Origin: Candidatus Aminicenantes bacterium
Lineage (GTDB): Bacteria > Acidobacteriota > Aminicenantia > S016-38
Assembly (NCBI GenBank): GCA_027068075.1
Contig: JAMOUJ010000006.1
Coordinates: forward strand, 218,706-282,705
Direction: 5' to 3'
DNA: 64,000 nt
Part shown: positions 58,326-64,000 of the stretch, in pieces
How positions within the stretch are numbered: the stretch's first letter is position 1
Layout of the letters: every line of letters begins with the position of its first letter
The notes under the pieces: generated by a model
Told to the model about the DNA's origin: nothing
Databases searched by the model: none
Seen by the model: only the letters and a program-made list of their open reading frames with translations
Program-made: the position numbers and the translations under genes

Positions 58326-59340
58326 GATCTCTCCTTAAATATACGGTTTGTATGGGGAAGGGGATTTCAATTCCCTCCTCCTTGAAGTTTTTGAGTATCC
58401 TATCCCTGATTTTATCCGCCGTGGTGAACACCTGCCTGGGGTCGTTCACATGAAAGACCAGGAGGAAGTTCAGGGCGGAGTCCCCGAAGTCGGTAAAAAA
58501 GGCCGAAGGGGCCGGGTGGCGCAGGACTTCCTCCACCTCCAGGGCGGATTTTACCAGAACTTCCCTTACCCTTGCCGGGTCCGCATCGTAGGCCACCCCC
58601 ACCGATATCCTTCCCGTGGACCTGCTTTCGGGGAGGTAGAAGTTCACGACCTTGCTTTTGACCAGCAGGGAATTGGGTATGATCAGAACATAGTTTTCCA
58701 GGGTTTTTATCTTGGTGGTCCTCAGCCCTATTTCCAGCACATCGCCGAATTCTCCTCCCTCCAGTTTTATCCTGTCCCCCACCTTGAAGGGTTGGTCCAG
58801 GAGTATGGTGAGGCCGGCTATTATGTTGGCCAGGGTGTCCTGGGCGGCAAGCCCTATGGCCAGGGAACCCACCCCCATGGATACTATCAGGGAAGAGATG
58901 TCGTAGTTAAACCTCTTCATGACGATCATCAACCCTGCCGTCCACACGAAGAGTTTTTCCCCGATCTCCACGATGGGGGAGAACCTCCGCAGGAATTCTT
59001 TGTTTGAGGAGGTTTCGTGGAGCCACTGAATTATGGCCTTGAAGAGGTTGTTTACGGCCAGGATCACCAGGAGAACGATGAGGACGAAGAGCGTATCGTG
59101 GATTATCCTGGAAAGGGGCGGTTTAAGGCTGGCGAAGTGAAGGGCGATGTGGGCGGCAAGGACCACCGCCGCCAGTTGCAGGGGAGTGGAAAGAGCCCTG
59201 ACGGCGTAATCGTCCAGTTTGGTCTTGGTTCTGGAGTACACGCCCCTGGCTATTCTGAGGATAAGTTTTACCAGAAAGATTCCCAGAAGCGAGAGGGCCA
59301 CAAAAATCAATAAAAATAGTGCCCATCCCTCTATTTTCAT
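58309..59340 (-). CDS. Small-conductance mechanosensitive channel (MscS family)
   Basis: 3 TM segments plus the conserved MscS beta-domain 'PFKVGDRIKLEGGEFGDVLEIGLRTTKIKT'. Confidence 0.8.
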   Translation of the reverse strand: MKIEGWALFLLIFVALSLLGIFLVKLILRIARGVYSRTKTKLDDYAVRALSTPLQLAAVVLAAHIALHFASLKPPLSRIIHDTLFVLIVLLVILAVNNLFKAIIQWLHETSSNKEFLRRFSPIVEIGEKLFVWTAGLMIVMKRFNYDISSLIVSMGVGSLAIGLAAQDTLANIIAGLTILLDQPFKVGDRIKLEGGEFGDVLEIGLRTTKIKTLENYVLIIPNSLLVKSKVVNFYLPESRSTGRISVGVAYDADPARVREVLVKSALEVEEVLRHPAPSAFFTDFGDSALNFLLVFHVNDPRQVFTTADKIRDRILKNFKEEGIEIPFPIQTVYLRRDHESEN

Positions 59341-59366
59341 GGCTTTTTCTCCTTCAGGCGGGGAAT

Positions 59367-59453
59367 TGGTGCCGAGGGCGGGACTCGAACCCGCACGGGC
59401 TTAGACCCACCAACACCTCAAGCTGGCGCGTCTGCCAATTCCGCCACCTCGGC
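59367..59453 (-). tRNA. tRNA-Leu (anticodon GAG)
   Basis: 87 nt class-II tRNA with a long variable arm: GCCGAGG...CCAGC-TTGAGGT-GTTGG...CCTCGGC-A-CCA. CCA encoded. Confidence 0.8.
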
Positions 59454-59459
59454 ATCCGT

Positions 59460-59747
59460 TTATTTTTTCGTTTCGCTCTGTTTGACTACGGATTTCTCCA
59501 GAACGGAGGATTTTTCGGCCTTGGAGGAAAGAATGTAGAGACTCAGGGATGTCAGGATAAAGAGGGTGGCCAGCACCGCCGTTACCTTGGCCAGGACGGT
59601 GGTGGCTCCCCGGGGGCCGAACACCGAGGAACTGCTGGCTCCTCCGAACACCGCCGCTATGTCCGCCTTCTGCCCGCTCTGCATGAGAATAACTATAATG
59701 AGCAGGATGGAAATAATCACATGAAAAACTAAAATGACATCATACAT
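59460..59747 (-). CDS. secG: Preprotein translocase subunit SecG
   Basis: 95 aa. 'ILLIIVILMQSGQKADI...FGG' SecG signature. Confidence 0.8.
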   Translation of the reverse strand: MYDVILVFHVIISILLIIVILMQSGQKADIAAVFGGASSSSVFGPRGATTVLAKVTAVLATLFILTSLSLYILSSKAEKSSVLEKSVVKQSETKK

Positions 59748-59759
59748 GATCCTTTCTCC

Positions 59760-60502
59760 TCAAAACAAAGGCCCTGAGTCCTTCACTTCAAAGGCCTTAA
59801 TTCCAGACTGGATTATATCATAAAAGGAATCGGGTTTCAAGGAAGCACCCCCCACCAGGACCCCGTCTATGTGGGGCTGGCTCAGGAGGGAAAAGGCGTT
59901 TCCCGGCTTTACCGAGCCTCCGTAGAGGACCTTGACTTCCCCCAGGTACTGTTTTATGAAGGCGTGAACCTCTTCGGCTTGCTCCGGGGTGGCGTTCTTT
60001 CCCGTTCCTATGGCCCATATGGGTTCGTAGGCGATAATCACCCGGGAGGGATGGATTCCGGAGAGGTCCGCATCCAACTGAAATTTTATCTTTTCCATGG
60101 CCCTTCCCTCCTCCCTCTCCTGAAGGTTTTCTCCCACACAGAGGATGGGTTTAAGGCCGTAATCTAAGGCGGTTTTCAGTTTGAGGTTTATCAGTTCGTC
60201 GTCCTCCCCCAGGATGTTTCTCCTCTCCGAGTGGCCCACCAGGACGAAGTCCACCCTGGCCTCCACCAGCATTTTCGCCGATATTTCCCCGGTGAAGGCT
60301 CCATGGGGCCTCCAGTATAGGTTCTGGGCCCCTAAGAATATCCCCCTTTCCCTGGCCAGGTCCTTCACATAGGCTATGGTTACGAAGGGAGGAAAGATCA
60401 CCACATCCGCCTTTTTTCCGGGGATTTCCTTTATTTCCTCAAAGAAGGTCTTGCCTTCCTGGGGACCGTGATTCATCTTCCAGTTTCCGGCTATTAAGGG
60501 CT

Positions 60503-60506
<4 letters not shown>
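59760..60506 (-). CDS. tpiA: Triosephosphate isomerase
   Basis: 'IAGNWKMN', 'VLVGHSERR', 'AYEPIWAIGTG'. Confidence 0.95.
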
Positions 60507-62706
<2,200 letters not shown>

Positions 62707-62764
62707 TTATTATCTCCTGCCTCTGGTTGTCAACAGGATTTTTTCGTAGGATAATAAAAAAAAT

Positions 62765-63553
62765 ATGGAGGTCATCATGATAGAGGAGAAAAAGATAACC
62801 GAAGTTATAATACGGAGTTACAGCGAGAAACTTCTGAAACATCTGGAGAACGATGTTCTCATCGCAGGGAGCGGTCCCTCCGGGTTGGTGGCCGCCTATT
62901 ATCTGGCGAAAAACGGAGTGAAGACCGCCATCCTGGAGAAGAAACTCAGCATCGGAGGGGGGATCTGGGGCGGTGGGATGATGTTCAATTCCATCGTGGT
63001 TCAAGAGGAGGGAAAGGAAATACTTGAGGAATTCGGCATCCCCCACCAGGAGGTTTCCCCGGGCTACTTCGTGGCCGATGCGGTTCTCGTGGCCACCCTC
63101 CTTGCCTCCAGAGCCCTTCTGGCCGGAGCCGTCATCTTCAACGGGATATACCTGGAGGATGTGATTCTGAAGGAGGGCAGGGTTGGAGGGGCCGTCATAA
63201 ACTGGTCTGCGGTGGAGGTGGCGGGGCTTCATGTGGATCCCCTTACCCTCCATTCAAGGTTTCTCATAGATGCCACCGGCCACGATGCGGAGGTGGTGAA
63301 GGTTCTCCAGGAGAAGAGCAAGGTTAAACTTAAGACCCCCTCGGGTAAAATGGAGGGGGAAAGGTCCATGTGGGCGGACAAGGCCGAAAACTTCGTGGCC
63401 TCTAACACCAGGGAGGTGTTTCCCGGCCTGATAGTGGCTGGGATGGCCGCCAACGCCACCTTCGGAGGGCCCAGGATGGGGCCCATCTTCGGCGGAATGT
63501 TTCTTTCGGGAAAACGGGCCGCCGAGATAATTCTTGAAGAAATCAGGGGGTAA
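62765..63553 (+). CDS. thi4: Thiazole synthase, Thi4 family
   Basis: FAD/NAD-binding '[19 protein letters not shown]', 'GGMMFN', '[10 protein letters not shown]', characteristic of archaeal/bacterial Thi4. Confidence 0.8.
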   Translation: MEVIMIEEKKITEVIIRSYSEKLLKHLENDVLIAGSGPSGLVAAYYLAKNGVKTAILEKKLSIGGGIWGGGMMFNSIVVQEEGKEILEEFGIPHQEVSPGYFVADAVLVATLLASRALLAGAVIFNGIYLEDVILKEGRVGGAVINWSAVEVAGLHVDPLTLHSRFLIDATGHDAEVVKVLQEKSKVKLKTPSGKMEGERSMWADKAENFVASNTREVFPGLIVAGMAANATFGGPRMGPIFGGMFLSGKRAAEIILEEIRG

Positions 63554-63556
63554 AAA

Positions 63557-64000
63557 ATGGCACAGAAAAATGTTCTCCCCTTTGAAGAGCCCATCGTGGA
63601 ATTGAGGGAGAAGATAAGGGAACTTCAGAAAAGAAGGGACGAGGAAGCCAGGATCAAGGAAAGGGAGTTGATGGAAGAACTGGATCGGGAGTGGAAGAGG
63701 ATCACCTCCTCCCTGAGCCGGTGGCAGAAAACCCTCCTTGCCCGTCATCCCCTGAGACCTTACACTCTGGACTACATTTACCGCCTCTTTGACGATTTCG
63801 TGGAATTGCACGGAGACAGGCGCTTCGCCGACGACCCGGCCATAGTGGCGGGCTTTGGGTTTTACCACGGAATGTCCGTGGCGGTGGTGGGACACCAGAA
63901 GGGAAGGACCACCCAGGAGAGGCTCAAGAGAAACTTTGGACAGGCCAATCCTGAGGGTTATCGCAAGGCCATAAGGATAATGAAGATGGCGGAGAAGTTT
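63557..64000 (+). CDS. accA: Acetyl-CoA carboxylase carboxyltransferase alpha subunit (3' end beyond the window)
   Basis: '[18 protein letters not shown]...[12 protein letters not shown]...[21 protein letters not shown]' AccA N-terminal pattern. Open to the window end. Confidence 0.8.
   Translation, partial: MAQKNVLPFEEPIVELREKIRELQKRRDEEARIKERELMEELDREWKRITSSLSRWQKTLLARHPLRPYTLDYIYRLFDDFVELHGDRRFADDPAIVAGFGFYHGMSVAVVGHQKGRTTQERLKRNFGQANPEGYRKAIRIMKMAEKF

Overview
This is a densely packed, mostly chromosomal-core window from a GC-rich bacterium. Gene content suggests a thermophilic anaerobe: formate-THF ligase, FolD, butyrate kinase, a Thi4-type thiazole synthase and an NtrC-family sigma-54 activator. 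I call about 60 protein genes and 3 tRNAs (Asp-GTC, Val-TAC, Leu-GAG). I found no transposases, integrases, CRISPR arrays or riboswitches. Housekeeping blocks are: dnaE; trkAH-lepB; glcD-coaD-XPB-folD; nrdR-hsp20-lon-thiL; cutA-era-corC-ybeY-pgpH-phoH; ileS-lspA-lgt-rluD; purLQS; mscS; secG-tpiA-pgk-gap; thi4-accA.

The most interesting region is 11.8-16.8 kb. Two paralogous stand-alone H-NOX (heme NO/O2-binding) genes are each translationally coupled to a Roadblock/LC7 (MglB-like) module. One Roadblock module is a free-standing 130-aa protein. The other is the C-terminal domain of a receiver-DUF4388-Roadblock response regulator. This locus sits divergent from a soluble histidine kinase and an NtrC-type sigma-54 activator. 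A near-consensus -24/-12 sigma-54 promoter lies in front of the H-NOX operon. The H-NOX distal pockets lack the Tyr/Trp/Asn triad, which predicts NO-selective sensing. I am not aware that an H-NOX/Roadblock pairing has been described.

A second uncharacterised cluster lies at 44.5-49.2 kb. It encodes a COG0731-like radical SAM enzyme, a SagB-type dehydrogenase, a conserved 156-aa protein, a YHS/TRASH metal-binding membrane protein and a 586-aa protein made of repeated winged-helix-like units.

A third item is two orphan family-5 solute-binding proteins translationally coupled to a large periplasmic-sensing histidine kinase. No ABC permease or ATPase genes accompany them.
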